Assembly: GCA_051362555.1 (NCBI GenBank)
Contig: CM120641.1
Coordinates: forward strand, 47,622,401 to 47,686,400
Direction: 5' to 3'
DNA: 64,000 nucleotides
From: Lingula anatina
Lineage: Eukaryota; Animalia; Brachiopoda
A model generated the notes under the pieces. That model was given only the letters and a program-made list of their open reading frames with translations, made no database searches and was not told the DNA's origin. Position 1 is the first letter of the stretch, and the number at the start of each line of letters is the position of its first letter. Positions 1 through 63,980 of the stretch are shown here, one piece after another. The position numbers and the translations under genes are program-made.

Positions 1-35
1 TTTGAGACCCACATACATCTACAATATAAAGGTAA

Positions 36-184
36 GAGTCCATTCACAACCAGTTGAGCCCCAGACTAACTAGAAATCATGTGCCTTGGTGTGTTTGCTG
101 GGACGACGCGTGTGAGGTGATCATTGAGCGTCAAATTTGATTCACGGACAAGTTAGTCCCCGGCTCAGGGTTGTGAATGCTCCC
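36..184. mobile_element. MITE with terminal inverted repeats (PIF/Harbinger-like)
   Basis: gagtccattcacaacc...ggttgtgaatgctccc TIRs plus internal inverted gactaact/agttagtc; flanked by taa/tag. Confidence 0.65.
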
Positions 185-200
185 TAGAAGTGCCTCTTAC

Positions 201-687
201 CTGACATGGACAGGATCTGGTTGTAGATGAAGTTGTCTTCTGCATAGGTTTCTATGGCAACAAGATCAGCACCCAATGTCCGGCATTCCCGTCTCGCTGC
301 AGGCCATGACTTCTTAATCGTGCCAAAGAAATAGCATTTCGTACCAAACTGTATAAATCTGGAGTCACAGCTTCGACCGCCTAGAAACAAAAGACAAGAG
401 ACAGTGAAAGAAGCTGAATTTACAAGAAAAATTAAATTGAAAAACCAGTGAAATAATTAATATTATTTTTGAATTACTGCTTTAAAACCTGCTTTTCCAA
501 AAGGCAAATAGATAAAAAAAAAAAAGTAAGAAGCATCGCAAAAATGCTGGTGCCCTACTACTTCTGAACCTAAACCGGTATCTTCGTCAGTTTAAAGTGA
601 TAATTTTATATTTTTCTTACCTCTCACACTTTGCGCAGCCAAAATCAGACCTACAATCAACAGCAAAACGTAATTCCCAGGCATCAT
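201..687 (-). CDS. Secreted C-type lectin (perlucin-like), first two coding exons 687-621 and 380-201; gene continues off the left edge
   Basis: Exon 1 encodes signal peptide MMPGNYVLLLIVGLILAAQSVRG and ends in phase-1 G|gtaag. Exon 2 (ctag|) reads GRSCDSRFIQFGTKCYFFGTIKKSWPAARRECRTLGADLVAIETYAEDNFI, a canonical CTLD N-terminal half, and ends at gtaag. Confidence 0.88.
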
Positions 688-790
688 ATCTTTCTCCAGT
701 AAACCCAAAACAGCCTGATTCTTGGTTTAATTCTTACGTTATTGACAAGTGTCTTTGGCGAGTCTGTTGCAAGTGGATTGCTTTGAGTCA

Positions 791-798
791 GTTTATAA
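791..798 (-). promoter_or_regulatory. Candidate TATA box for the C-type lectin gene
   Basis: TATAAA on the minus strand about 105 bp upstream of the ATG at 687. Motif only, in AT-rich DNA. Confidence 0.3.
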
Positions 799-1298
799 GC
801 GGTACCGGGGATATGTGTTCAAGTATGATTGGCTACAAATATAGAATGACATACAAGTTGTTGACTTTGGAATAGAAATTTCTTAGATATCTGTAGCAAT
901 CTATCCCATTTCTTGATATACTTGGAAATTTTGTGAGAGATTGCCATCTAGGAATCAAATACCATTTGTTAAAGTTACTTGAATTATCATAGTTCAAGTG
1001 TCAGGTTAGGTAGTTATTGTAAAAGTAACCATCCATATCTCCCATTGTACTGTAGAAATAAATGCATTTATATCATAACGACTCATCTTACTTGATGAAA
1101 TACCTAAGTCGAGTTTTAGGTGATCACGGCAGCCTTCTTTGCATTTTCCTTCTCTTTGGCAGTTTTTCTTCAAACTCAAATAAAATGCCCTATTACAGGG
1201 TGGCTAATGTAGGACAAGTGGGGGTGCCATGGCTCAAGAATTTCATGTCTTAACGTGGAGACCGAGAGTTTAGAACGCGTCCTGAAAGCTGTCACTTA

Positions 1299-1715
1299 GG
1301 GTGCATTCCCATAGATTTTAGATCGATCTATCTCCATGGGGAGTCTCAATAGATTACTGTTAGATAATCCGGCTTAAATGTCCGTCCCGCCTACTACAAC
1401 CTGTAAGGGGGTAATTAACTTCCATGCGAGGTCGGCTGACTGCAATTTAGCGTGAACCCCCAGGGAGTTAGGTCGATCTTGTAAGATCGATCTAAATCTC
1501 TGGAAATGCCCTCTTAGACCCCATTCCCATACATTTTAGATAGATCTATCCCTGTGGGGAGTCTCTAGATTACTGTCAGCTTAGCCGGCTTAAGCGTCTA
1601 TCCCGCCAACTAAAAGCTGTAAGGGGGTAATTAACTATGGTGCGCGTTCGGCTGACTGCAATTTAGCGTGAAATTCCAGGGAGTTAGGTCGATCTAAATC
1701 TCTGGGAATGCACCC
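1299..1715. mobile_element. Two tandem copies of a ~200-215 bp Harbinger/Tourist-like MITE (1299-1513, 1517-1715)
   Basis: TIR gggtgcattccca...tgggaatgcaccc; TTA at the left end, between the copies and at the right end; internal palindromic agatcgatcta. Related copies at 10271, 18899, 59040 and 62595. Confidence 0.85.
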
Positions 1716-2769
1716 TTACATTAATCTGCATAACCGGAGCCAGTGTAGCCAAATGGGGGTAGGTGCTGGTGATTTTGGAAAGCTCATGATCGCAGTTTTT
1801 TATAGTATCAGTATAATTTATCTTATAATTTATAATATAATTGATATATTTATTGTGTTTATATTGATCAGTCACTTATATTCCCTTCTCCGGATTTAAG
1901 AGCAGTACATGTGATGTTATTCAACTATATACTCTAGATAATTCTGTCACTGTCCGGACTGAACTTTGTTTCTGCTGTAATTTTTGGGACACCTAAATCT
2001 AAACAGAGAAGCCACTTTTAAAGTACTCGAGGTTTCCTGGTTTTTAAAAGATTTATCGTCAATTTTTCTGAAATTCTGCAGCAATACCTTCTCCAATGTT
2101 CTTCCGAGATAAAGGCATAGACGTAGGATTCATGGGAAATCCTGCCGAAATTTCTGAAGCTGATTTGGTTTTTTCATCCAGTCACCCCCTTTTTTATGCG
2201 TAATTGATTTCTATAAAATCTTGGTCACGTCATACTTTCGCATTCTTATCAATCATTCTGATTTTTGTTTCGATTACCTGGTTAATTAAAGTAAAAAAGT
2301 AAAATCTCATTTAAGAGATTAAACTGGTCAAGTATCAATCAACCTATATATTGCGTTTGTTACTTATGTCTTTTATGGCTCCCGCACTACTCCGGATGCT
2401 GGTGATATAAAGTTATCGAGTAATTTATCGGTTTTTGTCGTGCTCTTTTACCTGTGGGATTTGCGCCAAGCCACACATACGACCGTAGTTATTAATCGCT
2501 TTTTTCTTTTTCCCCAAACCAGGTTAAATAATTCATGAAAGAAATATAAAAACGTCACAATATGGTGATCGATAATCTGGGACAAAAAACTTATTGATTT
2601 TGAATAATGATTGTTTGCAAAGGTAGGCTACTGGTACGCTTACGGTCACAATACCCTGTAGTGCGCGCGCACCTGTCTATGCCCTGGATTACGATACAAT
2701 AGGTGTTTACGGGGCGAAACAGGATGGTCTAGAATTTACTCCTGCCCCTAGCTGGCTTAATATGACAAG

Positions 2770-5700
2770 ATGGCAAGAAGACGGGTCTCCTCCCTGATTA
2801 CAGCGTCTGTGTTCGTAGCGGTGGTGTTGGCTGGGGTCGCGGAGATAGACGGAACCTTCTATGACAGAGGCTGTAAGTAAATGATGTCTTTTACTAGATT
2901 TATGTGATTTCTAGGGATGTCACTTTTTTTTAATAAAATGCGGTACTGGAGCGGATGGAATAGGGCTGACAAGTTGAATTTTCATTCAGCAATAAAGACA
3001 CATGGAATCACTTTATTGATATCTTGTTTAGAAGCAGCCGTCAGGGTAGTGTCTTAACAACTACACCTTTACTGAGATTTTAAATCAAGCAGTACAAGCG
3101 AGTATAAGAGTTTAAGCGAAAAAGGCATGATGATCGCTGAAGCAGATCCTTGTTATAAATAACGACGCAATTGTAGGCCGAGTTTTAAAAAAGAGTTACA
3201 AAAGTATGGGTGAAAGAAAATCAGACGAAATACAATGAGCTACGACATACAGAGGGACTACTGCACATATTTCAGATTGGGATAGGCGCAATGGCTGTAT
3301 AGCAAACATTTTAAAGAAAAACATTTGATGCAAAATCTGTTCTTATTTGTAGAGGGGAACCAGGAAGTAGATGTATAACTGAATGTCTCCTCTCCCTGGT
3401 ACCTTAATTACGTTAAATAGGTCAATTTTCTCTGTCAATCTAAAGCAAGTTTTGATATTTACATGTAAATATGTCATGGTGAAAATATTAAAACTTAATT
3501 AGTTGTGATACATGTAGAACAATCCTATACAAACATACGCTTTGTATGTCGAAATGAGCCACACTGTATTAAAGTTGACCCGAAGAACGCCATTATGCGC
3601 AGCGTCTCGAATAAATTGGAAAAATAAATTGGAAAAGTTCTGATTGATGTTTAGGACGAAGCGATCAATACGCGATCAAAATTCCCGTTTTTTTTGTTTT
3701 TGTTTTCACGCCATGCACCTTCTTTCTCGTAATAAATTACTTTCCTTTTACCAGGGGCTGATGAATGAATGCTGTGACACTTTCTACTTATTGTCTGTAT
3801 GAAATTAACTTCTTTAATAATCTAGAATTGAGAATAAAAGCATGCAGATAAAAATCAAGTATACGCAATAGAACACGGTATTTGTGAAAGATCCAAAATA
3901 CAGACAACTTTTTATCGTTTTCAAAATTTCTCTTTCAAAGAAAAGTACCGAAGTAGATGTGTGTGTAATTTACGGCAAAACTGGTGAAATATTCACTCCG
4001 ACTTTAACATATCATGCACGTAACAATACCACACCGCACACTGATCGAAACGGAACCTCATCAATAAGCATTTGTTTTCAAATGCGATAATGCCTTGAAT
4101 TTATTAAAATATATGCCATAAGGGGACATTAAATGCGTTAAACAATGCTAAATAATGCTAGATAAGTGTATGGGTCTAAGATATATAATTGAAAATATAT
4201 TTCAGGTAAATATGTCATGGTGAAAATATTAAAACTTGGGTATGGGTCTAAGATATATAATTGAAAATATATTTCAGGTGCGAGATCATATCCCGTCAGG
4301 TTGCCGAGCACCTCCCAGAAGGCATGTGTTGGACAAAAACTGGACATAAACTGCGCTGGCAGTGGCGGAGATATTATTCGCATCGACGCAGTGAATTTAA
4401 AGTCAAAATCATCTTGTCCCGCCTATTTCCGTCCTCCACAGAGGAGATGGCGGTGGCATTACTACCGTTCCAAGTACGAGGCCACGCCCAACGTGACGAA
4501 CCTTGCAGCTGGCATCAGTTCTGGACGCTCATCTTGTTCCCTGATGCTGCAATCAGATGACTTACCTGTCCGGTGCTATGACAATCAGAGACACAACCAG
4601 TTTGAAGTTGTTTACGCATGCGTGCCCAGTAAGTACGATAATTTGGTTCTTTTTCATAGCTGGTGTTCAGGTATTTCTTCAATCGACCTTCGAGGACCTG
4701 AATCGTCACGTAGACGAGGTCAAATTACCATCAGTTTGTTAAACCCAAATGGGTATTTCATTTATCAAATAGCTCACACGTTGTGATTAAACAGTATAGC
4801 AAAGGCAAATTGAACCCAATTAAATTTTTTAATTCAAATTAAATCTTAAATTAAAATTAAAATTGTTTTTTTTTTCATTACGTCTGTCCCGTACTGTTCA
4901 TTAATATATGAGGGTTGTTTTAAAAGTATTATCAAAATAATCTCACCAATACAGAATTTAGGAGGCATTTCGATATAGACATTTGGGGGGCGTCTCGATA
5001 GTCCGAAGGTTCATTCGTCCGAAGGTTCATTGGTCCGAAAAATGGTAACATTTTCATCGATTTTTTAATCAAGGGTTCATTGGTCCGAAGGTTCTATAGT
5101 GAATATTCGGACCAATGAACCTTCGGACTATTGAACCTTCGGACTATTGCTACGGACATTATAAAGCTGGTTTACCTGTAGTGTGTCAAACCTAGGGAAA
5201 ACTGATTAAAATGACAACTGGGTGAACAATGATATTTCAGGGACAGCCATCGATGCCTGTTCCAATACCGCCCTGACTGTGCACAATGGGAGTGTCATCC
5301 TCACCTCCCCCCAGTACCCCCATCCCCAGGGGGACAGCCCAAAGACCTGCATATGTAGAATATCCTCAGAGGCCAGTCGCTGGACGGCTGTCCAAGCCTT
5401 CATCAAACACGTGGAATCGCCGGGCGACAGAGAGGACCGCTGTGTCACCTCCGACAGCCTGCTGCTTACCGAGCACGTTGACCCTACCCTGTACGGAGAA
5501 CTCTCATCCTTGGCAACAACAACTACGTCTCCTTATGGCGAAGACGGAGACGACGATCATGATGATGATGATGATGACCATGATGACAATGACGAACATG
5601 ATGATGACGACGACGACGATGACGATGATGATGATACCAGCGATGACGGCAGGCACTATCTGAGACGTAAAAGACACTCCAGTGGGAGACACGAACCCTT

Positions 5701-8322
5701 TCAAACCTCTTGGAATGTGTCCCTCACTTGCAAAAATTACACCAATTATTTTCTCAGCGAGTATGGCTACTACGTTGGTGTAGACTTTGTTACATTGACT
5801 TATACCAATAGAGGACAGAATGGACATCATAGTCGCTTCTGGCTTCGTTTTACTCCATTAACTTTTATCGGTAGGTATTTGTTCGGTGATCGAAAATATA
5901 AAGGAATGAAGCGCTTACAAGAAATCGACTGATGTTAAATATGCCATGCATGGGTTGTTGAAATCATAAAATAATATACACTTTATCAAATTCCTAAACT
6001 CAAAGTTATGACTTTTAAATGTTTAGTGTGTGTTGTTATAATTGTTTCAATGTTATTCTCATTTTAGGTCATGCAACGCAATTGAGCGTAAATTGCCGTA
6101 ATATCAAGGAAGGGCTATCAGCAACTCTATCCACCACCACTCCTTCACACATCCCTACCAACCCAACCACTACAACCACTACTACACCTACAACAACCAA
6201 CACACCTTCAACCACCACCACTAAACCGACAACAACCACAACTATACCTACAACAACCACTACACCTACAATCACCACTACACCTACAACCACCATAACA
6301 CCTACAACCACCACAACACCTACAACCACCACCACTACACCTACAACCACCACTACACCTACAACAACCACAACACCTACAACCACCACTACACCTACAA
6401 CCACCACCACTACACTTACAACAACCACTACTACACCTACAACCACCACTACACCTACAACAACCACCACTACACCTACAACAACCACTACTACACCTAC
6501 AACAACCACTACTACACCTACAACAACCACTACTACACCTACAACCACTACTACACCTACAACAACCACTAAACCTACAACTACCACTAAACCTACAACC
6601 ACCACTACACCTACAACAACCAACACACCTTCAACCACCACCACTAAACTGACAACAACCACAACTACACCTACAACCACTACACCTACAACCACCACTA
6701 CACCTACAACCACCACAACACCTACAACCACTACTACACCTACAACCACCACAACACCTACAACAACCACACCTACAACAACCACCACTACAATTACAAC
6801 AACCACTACACCTACAACCACCACTACACCTACAACAACCACCACTACACCTACAACAACCACTACTACACCTACAACAACCACCACTACACCTACAACA
6901 ACCACTACTACACCTACAACCACTACACCTACAACAACCACTACACCTACAACTACCACTAAACCTACAACCACCACTACACCTACAACAACCACTATTA
7001 CAACAACCACTACTACACCTACAACAACCACTCAACCAACAACAACCACCACTACTCCTACAACAACCACTACACCTACAACCACTACACCTACAACAAC
7101 AACCACTAAACCAACTTCAACCACCACTCCCATACCAATATTACCTACATTCACTTATACAACTGAAAACTCCAACATACCAGTTAAAACAACAACATCA
7201 AAAACTTCTTCAACAGAACTTAAACCATTCGAAACCAAGACAACCAAGAGTTTAAAGACTACAAATCCCATCAAGAAATCCACAACCCCAATAAAGCCAA
7301 CCTGGAAACAACCACAAGGCACCAAAACTGCAACCCAGCCTACCACTTCAACTGAAAGTAATGGAATTGGTATCTTTGAGTGGAAAAAGCAGATGGAGAC
7401 AATGCCACGGGAGCAGAGATTAACTTCTGGTGATTAGATTTACATAGCATTTTGGTTTTCAGATACCAAATTAAAAAAATTATGGAACATGCTGTGTACA
7501 ACCAATATGAAAAACTTTTTAAAAAGCAAGCTTACAACATGTGGGATACAATTTTAATATATATAATTTTTGTTTAATTTCAGGTGCAATAATTGGCACT
7601 TGTGTGGTTTTTGTGATTCTCATCCTGGTGGGAGTGGTTATCTTTCTGGCAAGAAGGTACTGAGTCTTTCACTGTTACACTAAGAAAGTTAAAATTAAGA
7701 AATGCCAAGTTCTGCAATGCTGCAACTGAAGTAGAATGCTGGGGGGTGGTTGAAATGATCACAATTTTAAAGCGCTTTCCATTCTGTCATAATAATCAAA
7801 GGGTTTGGAATGTTTGTTGTTGAGCTGATAGTGTTCACCTTGATTTGTTCCAGGGGATGCCTTCATAAACAAGTTGATCCCGTGAAAAATGGAGGCACAG
7901 TTATGTACTTTAATGCAACCAGTGGAGCAGTGAAAATGCAAAATCAGACAAAAAAGCAGGCTGAAGCTGCAACAATGAATAATCTACAGTCAAGGAAGGA
8001 AAAAATTCAAAATCAGAAAAACCACCAAGCAGAAGCTGCCAGAAATGGGCGTCATCAATCTTTTGGGTCCATGCCAAGGGCATACAACAATACACTATAT
8101 GGGGTTGTTGGGAACCAGTGGACAACCATTGAGGGGAACACATTCAAAACACCCAAGGGGCACACCCTAGTACATAAGGAGCCAATCTATGAGACAATTA
8201 AACCTCGAAACATTCCTAACGTCACCGGCAACTTAAAGAGCAGCTTGCCAAAAGAGAGCTTGCAAACCTATGTTCATTATCCATGTGATAAAGTAGACAA
8301 CCTAAAGACTGTCAAATATTGA
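2770..8322 (+). CDS. Type I transmembrane mucin-like lectin (SP, SUEL-like, CUB-like, PT-rich stalk, TM, cytoplasmic tail); exons 2770-2872, 4278-4628, 5241-5870, 6068-7429, 7584-7656, 7854-8322
   Basis: All six exons join in frame through GT-AG introns (phases 1,1,1,1,2). Signal peptide MARRRVSSLITASVFVAVVLAG; ACVGQKLDINC...FEVVYAC (SUEL-like); GSVILTSPQYP...KTCICRI...FWLRF (CUB-like); (PTTTTT)n stalk; TM GAIIGTCVVFVILILVGVVIFLARR; TGA at 8320-8322. The exon 4 donor at 7429 is the least certain boundary. Confidence 0.85.
4990..5156. mobile_element. Foldback/MITE-like element built from tccgaaggttcatt motifs
   Basis: Several gtccgaaggttcatt direct repeats on the left arm mirrored by aatgaaccttcggac on the right arm. 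Confidence 0.6.
6165..7130 (+). repeat. Coding minisatellite (15-21 bp acaaccaccactacacct units) encoding the PT mucin stalk
   Basis: Nearly G-free A/C-rich tandem array in frame with ORF 6019-7437; the PTTTNTPSTTTTK block occurs twice. Confidence 0.95.
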
Positions 8323-10270
8323 GGGCCAGGACATTGACTGGATGAGCCAGAATGCCTGTTTTACAGGAATCATTTGAGACAGCCCAATGTCTTGTGACTT
8401 AATGTAAAATCAAGGGAAAATTTCACTGGATTTGGGGAAGAGCGAGTCAGAAGTAATGGCAGACTAGGAATGCACTGTGGCAACATGTAAAAGCTGTAGC
8501 TGACAGAATTTGGATTATTTTCTGGAAATTTTTCTTGAGTTCTGTAGAATTACAGTCTGTCTCACAACAGTATAAATTCAAAATGTATTGTGTTTAAGTT
8601 TTACACTCCTTTCTTAGCCAATATTCACTTATCAAAAAGTGAGCCCTGTCTCACTCCAGCATATGATAGCACTCCATGCTTATAACCCTATGTGGGACAG
8701 TTTTCACTCAGATTACTTGTTTAATCATCAATTATAAATACTTTTAAGGGCTTTCATAATATCTGACAGCTTCAATTGTAAATAATGCTCAATATGAATA
8801 TTACTTTTGAATTATTTTATATGATGCAATATTTTAAACTATAAATGGACTTGAATTGCTTTTTGCAGGTATATGGTTGCCAGTGATGAATCCTATTTTT
8901 TTATACAAAAAACGTTGTAAGTTTATCATACTATATTATAATAAACTAAATAAATTAAACAATATATATATATAAACAAATATAACCTTTATTAATTCTT
9001 TTTATAACTTACTTAATGCACATTGAAAGTTTTGTTAGAAGAAACACACTTCTTTTATTATTCAAAACAATTAGATTAAAAAGCTGTAAGCAAAAAAACA
9101 TAACCTTTAAATAATCTTATTTGAAATGAACTGTTCTGGACATCAATGTATCTTCTATTAAAAATGTCATATGCTCAAATCTACAAAACTATAAAAATAC
9201 ATATGAAAATTATTTCTCATGCTTTCTATTTAAAACTTCCGTTTAATCAACTAATGATTAAAAAGTTATATGTTAATAATTAAAAAACCTTTTTATGGGA
9301 GTTAAATATGCTACTGTGACATTTCATTTTGTCTTGGGTAAGTATAAAGTAAATACACAATTTTATATAATTGCATTTATATAATTGAAACTCTTGTCAT
9401 GAAATTCTACCAATGTTCTAACAAAAAATTTAAAGAGTAAAAAGGTGCTACATTTAATATCTGCTCACATTCAGAGTGTTTCAAAATTTACATTAAAAGC
9501 ATGACCTTTGGTTGAAGAAAAAATTTGATAACAATTATACAAAGATAATCTCTCAGGTGCAAAAATTCAATAAAAAGAACATTATTTACTCTAGTTCCAA
9601 TTATCCAATGTATTAATAATTATAATATCATCCATACTCTAGGAGAGCAGAAATTATTTACAGTTTATCAGTGCACTGGTGAAACCATGTGTAGCACTTT
9701 AGAACAACTGTTGTCATTATAATAGTTATGATGTCTGCTCAGATATTTTAGTGAAGTGGTATCTTAAGCACCCTTATAAACTTCAAGCACTATTATGCTG
9801 CAACTAATGTTATTTTCTCATCAAACACAAAAATATATGTCCACTTCTCATTTGAAAAAAATCTCATTTTTAAAAATATTCCTGACATTTGTTGCACATT
9901 CCGCATGAGGCAGGGCTGATAGACATTTTCATTCACTGAAAATTATTCCTGTAGTCCTTTTTTTCTTTAGTATTGCATACTTAATTGCATCTTCTGAAAA
10001 AGAAAAAGAAAATTTTGACTGAAAACTTCTGAAGGTCAATTGTCAACAAAAATCAGCTCCTCTATTATTAAATGGGAGAAAAAATAACCTAAGCTCACAA
10101 AAAAAGGATACATAAGCCATAAGTAATTTGTAACTTCAACTTTAAAGTTAATACATATGTATAACAAGACAGTTGGACACACATAGTCTGAGATGAAAGC
10201 TGAAACCTTGGCTGGCTGTTATAGTAGCTCAGCTGAGATCTCACAGTGTGTGCTGGCCTTTCACACCTTA

Positions 10271-10527
10271 GGGACCATTCCCAGTCCCTATTGTACTAAC
10301 TGTGGATCGATCTATCTCTGAGGGGATTCTATCTAAATTGCAATTAACTTAAGTGGCTTAGATGTCTGTCATGCCTACTGCAGCTGCTAGGGTGTAATCA
10401 ATTATCGTTTATCAGCTTCAGTAGGCGTGCCAGACATCTAAGCTACTTAAGCTGAAAGCAATTTAGCAAGAAACCCCTTGGAGTTGGATCAATCTTGTTA
10501 GATCGATCTGGGTATGGGAACCCAGCC
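10271..10527. mobile_element. Harbinger-like MITE, same family as 1299-1715
   Basis: tta|gggaccattccca...tgggaacccagcc|taa; long internal palindrome (ttaagtggcttagatgtctg / cagacatctaagctacttaa). Confidence 0.8.
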
Positions 10528-12697
10528 TAACTTACTGGAATGTGGCAAGAGATAGGAGTTGTCTAGGCTGTCCCTGGGTCAGAAAGACCAGCCTCTATCC
10601 GGACCTCTGGCTCACTGTCCGTAACAGGCTCACCCCCAACATTGCCACCACCAACAGCTGTTGCTACTGGAGTAACATAACCTGGAGATAATAATACTGT
10701 TATAGATATATACACGACTGAATGATCAAGACTGATATGCGTTTCAATTATCTATGTGTAAGTTTATCCTGATGTCTGAATGAACGACAGGAATAAGGTA
10801 GTATTGGTAAATCAATGTAATTACAAATAAATGGTAAGATATATAAAAGGGGGGGGGGAATACTATTTGCACTGTTCTACATGTTGGAAAACAATTACTG
10901 CCTTTTCCAAAATATCTAAAAGAATCAACACAAATATATTTTAACTATGATCCATGTCATATTTTTTCCGTTTGACCTGATGGTTGTATATTTTGTTAAG
11001 AAACTGAGTTTCCTCAAGACAAAAAATTAAATTGGATGCACACTTACCATCTTCGTCCCCAAAATTAAAGGTGTCCCCCTGCAATGTTGAAATTGTAGGC
11101 AAACGTAAGTGATATGGAGCAGTATTTGGCAAAATTTATTGTTAACAACAACTCTTTGGTTAAAAACGTGCAATTGTGCAGTGAAATGTTCTCACCAGCC
11201 ATTGTTTAATTCAATATAATCAGACTGCAAAACTAGTTATATCAAGAAGAAAAAACTAAAACAGTATTTGACATGAGAGATCCTTCCATGATTCAAAAGC
11301 CTTGTTCTGCTATCATTCATATAAGGAAAGTGAACAGGTACGGCACATTAAAACTACCCACTGATCTTGAACTAAAGTCAAAGAAATGGACAGAAGAAGA
11401 GGGGACACGCATGCACTGAAGAGCTATCCATCTAAGCTGAGGGAAAAAAAGCTCAAGACAAGGCTATGAAATAATGGTATAAGAAATTTATTTCCAAAAT
11501 TTTCCTACATATAAAAATGATTACTTGTGCTCTGATTTCAAAGTAAATATTGATATGTTATCCTAAAAAAAAAAAACATTTTGTAATTTGTGAGATAGAA
11601 GAAAATTTACATCTAGCAACCATGCTGCTATTTTTCCTCCTCTAAACACTATTTCTCAACTTTTTACCTAGGTAGCTTTTATCCTTCATTACACATAAAT
11701 TACCAAGGATTTCTTTACACAAATGAATGTCACATTGGAATGTTTTAATACTTGTTAAAATGTTTTAAAAACTTAATAACTGAAAACAATGTTAAAAGTT
11801 CAAAGTATTAAATTAAATGTGAAAAATAATTCAATTAAAGTCCTTCAGGTCATATAAACGTAACAGAAAACTAGGAAGACATGATCTATAGAGAATAATC
11901 TGGCCAGTATACTATGCAAACCAAGGTCCTCAAAGGAAAAACAGCTAAATGAGAAGTCCAAAATATGTATGTAAAAGAAAAGACAAAAGGATGAAGCAAA
12001 TAAAACTTGCTTAACAGGTGTCCCAAAATCTACATCGACATACTTTCGTGTCCTATGTACTGAACATATAAAGAACAATATACAGCAGCAACAGCAAATT
12101 AGTTCTCAAACATGGTTACAGTAATGTAAATTGTATCTTTTTGGATTTGAGCATTGGGATTTCTATTGCACACACTAGAATTTCTTAGCAAAAGCCACTC
12201 TTTCTATTTCAGAAAAAAAATCTGATATTGCTGGAAAAGCAGGAAAAGCTAGTGCAGGAATTGTCTTAGGATACAGCAACACTCATTAATTTGCCACAAA
12301 AACTGCCAAGAATGTCAATATGAATTATAACACTGAGTAAGCGTTCACACAGGGATATATCATTATGCTGAACATTAAACACAAAAATATGGACTGTACA
12401 GTATTTTTATCATGCATGTGCATAGCTTTAGCATTTAATACTGGACCTGATGATTAAACGCCTTATTATATTATAAACAATTATTTCATTTTAGACAGAA
12501 ACACATACTTCTGTCTATAAACAAGCACTGGGTATCAAAAGTACAAAAGCAATGTCATAAAAAAGAACGCCATTAAGCTTTATGGACATTGGATTCTAAA
12601 ATAAGCAAGTCTTTTTACAGTTTTTGTCCAAGCAGTTTTTTTTTTTTCAAGAAAAAGAGTCAGCTGCACAGATGTACAGTTCTGCTTAGCAGTCACC

Positions 12698-63980
<51,283 letters not shown>

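Noticed and set aside
5286-5830. Poly-Met and poly-Ile ORFs
   Set aside because: Alternative frames of the GAT/GAC acidic tract.
6069-7035. Antisense poly-Val (320 aa) and Cys/Gly-rich metallothionein- or keratin-like (134 aa) ORFs
   Set aside because: Shadow frames of the Thr/Pro mucin repeat; no independent gene structure.
10536-10681. Multi-TGA frame as a selenoprotein or readthrough segment
   Set aside because: No SECIS recognised; ordinary alternative splicing explains the island more simply.
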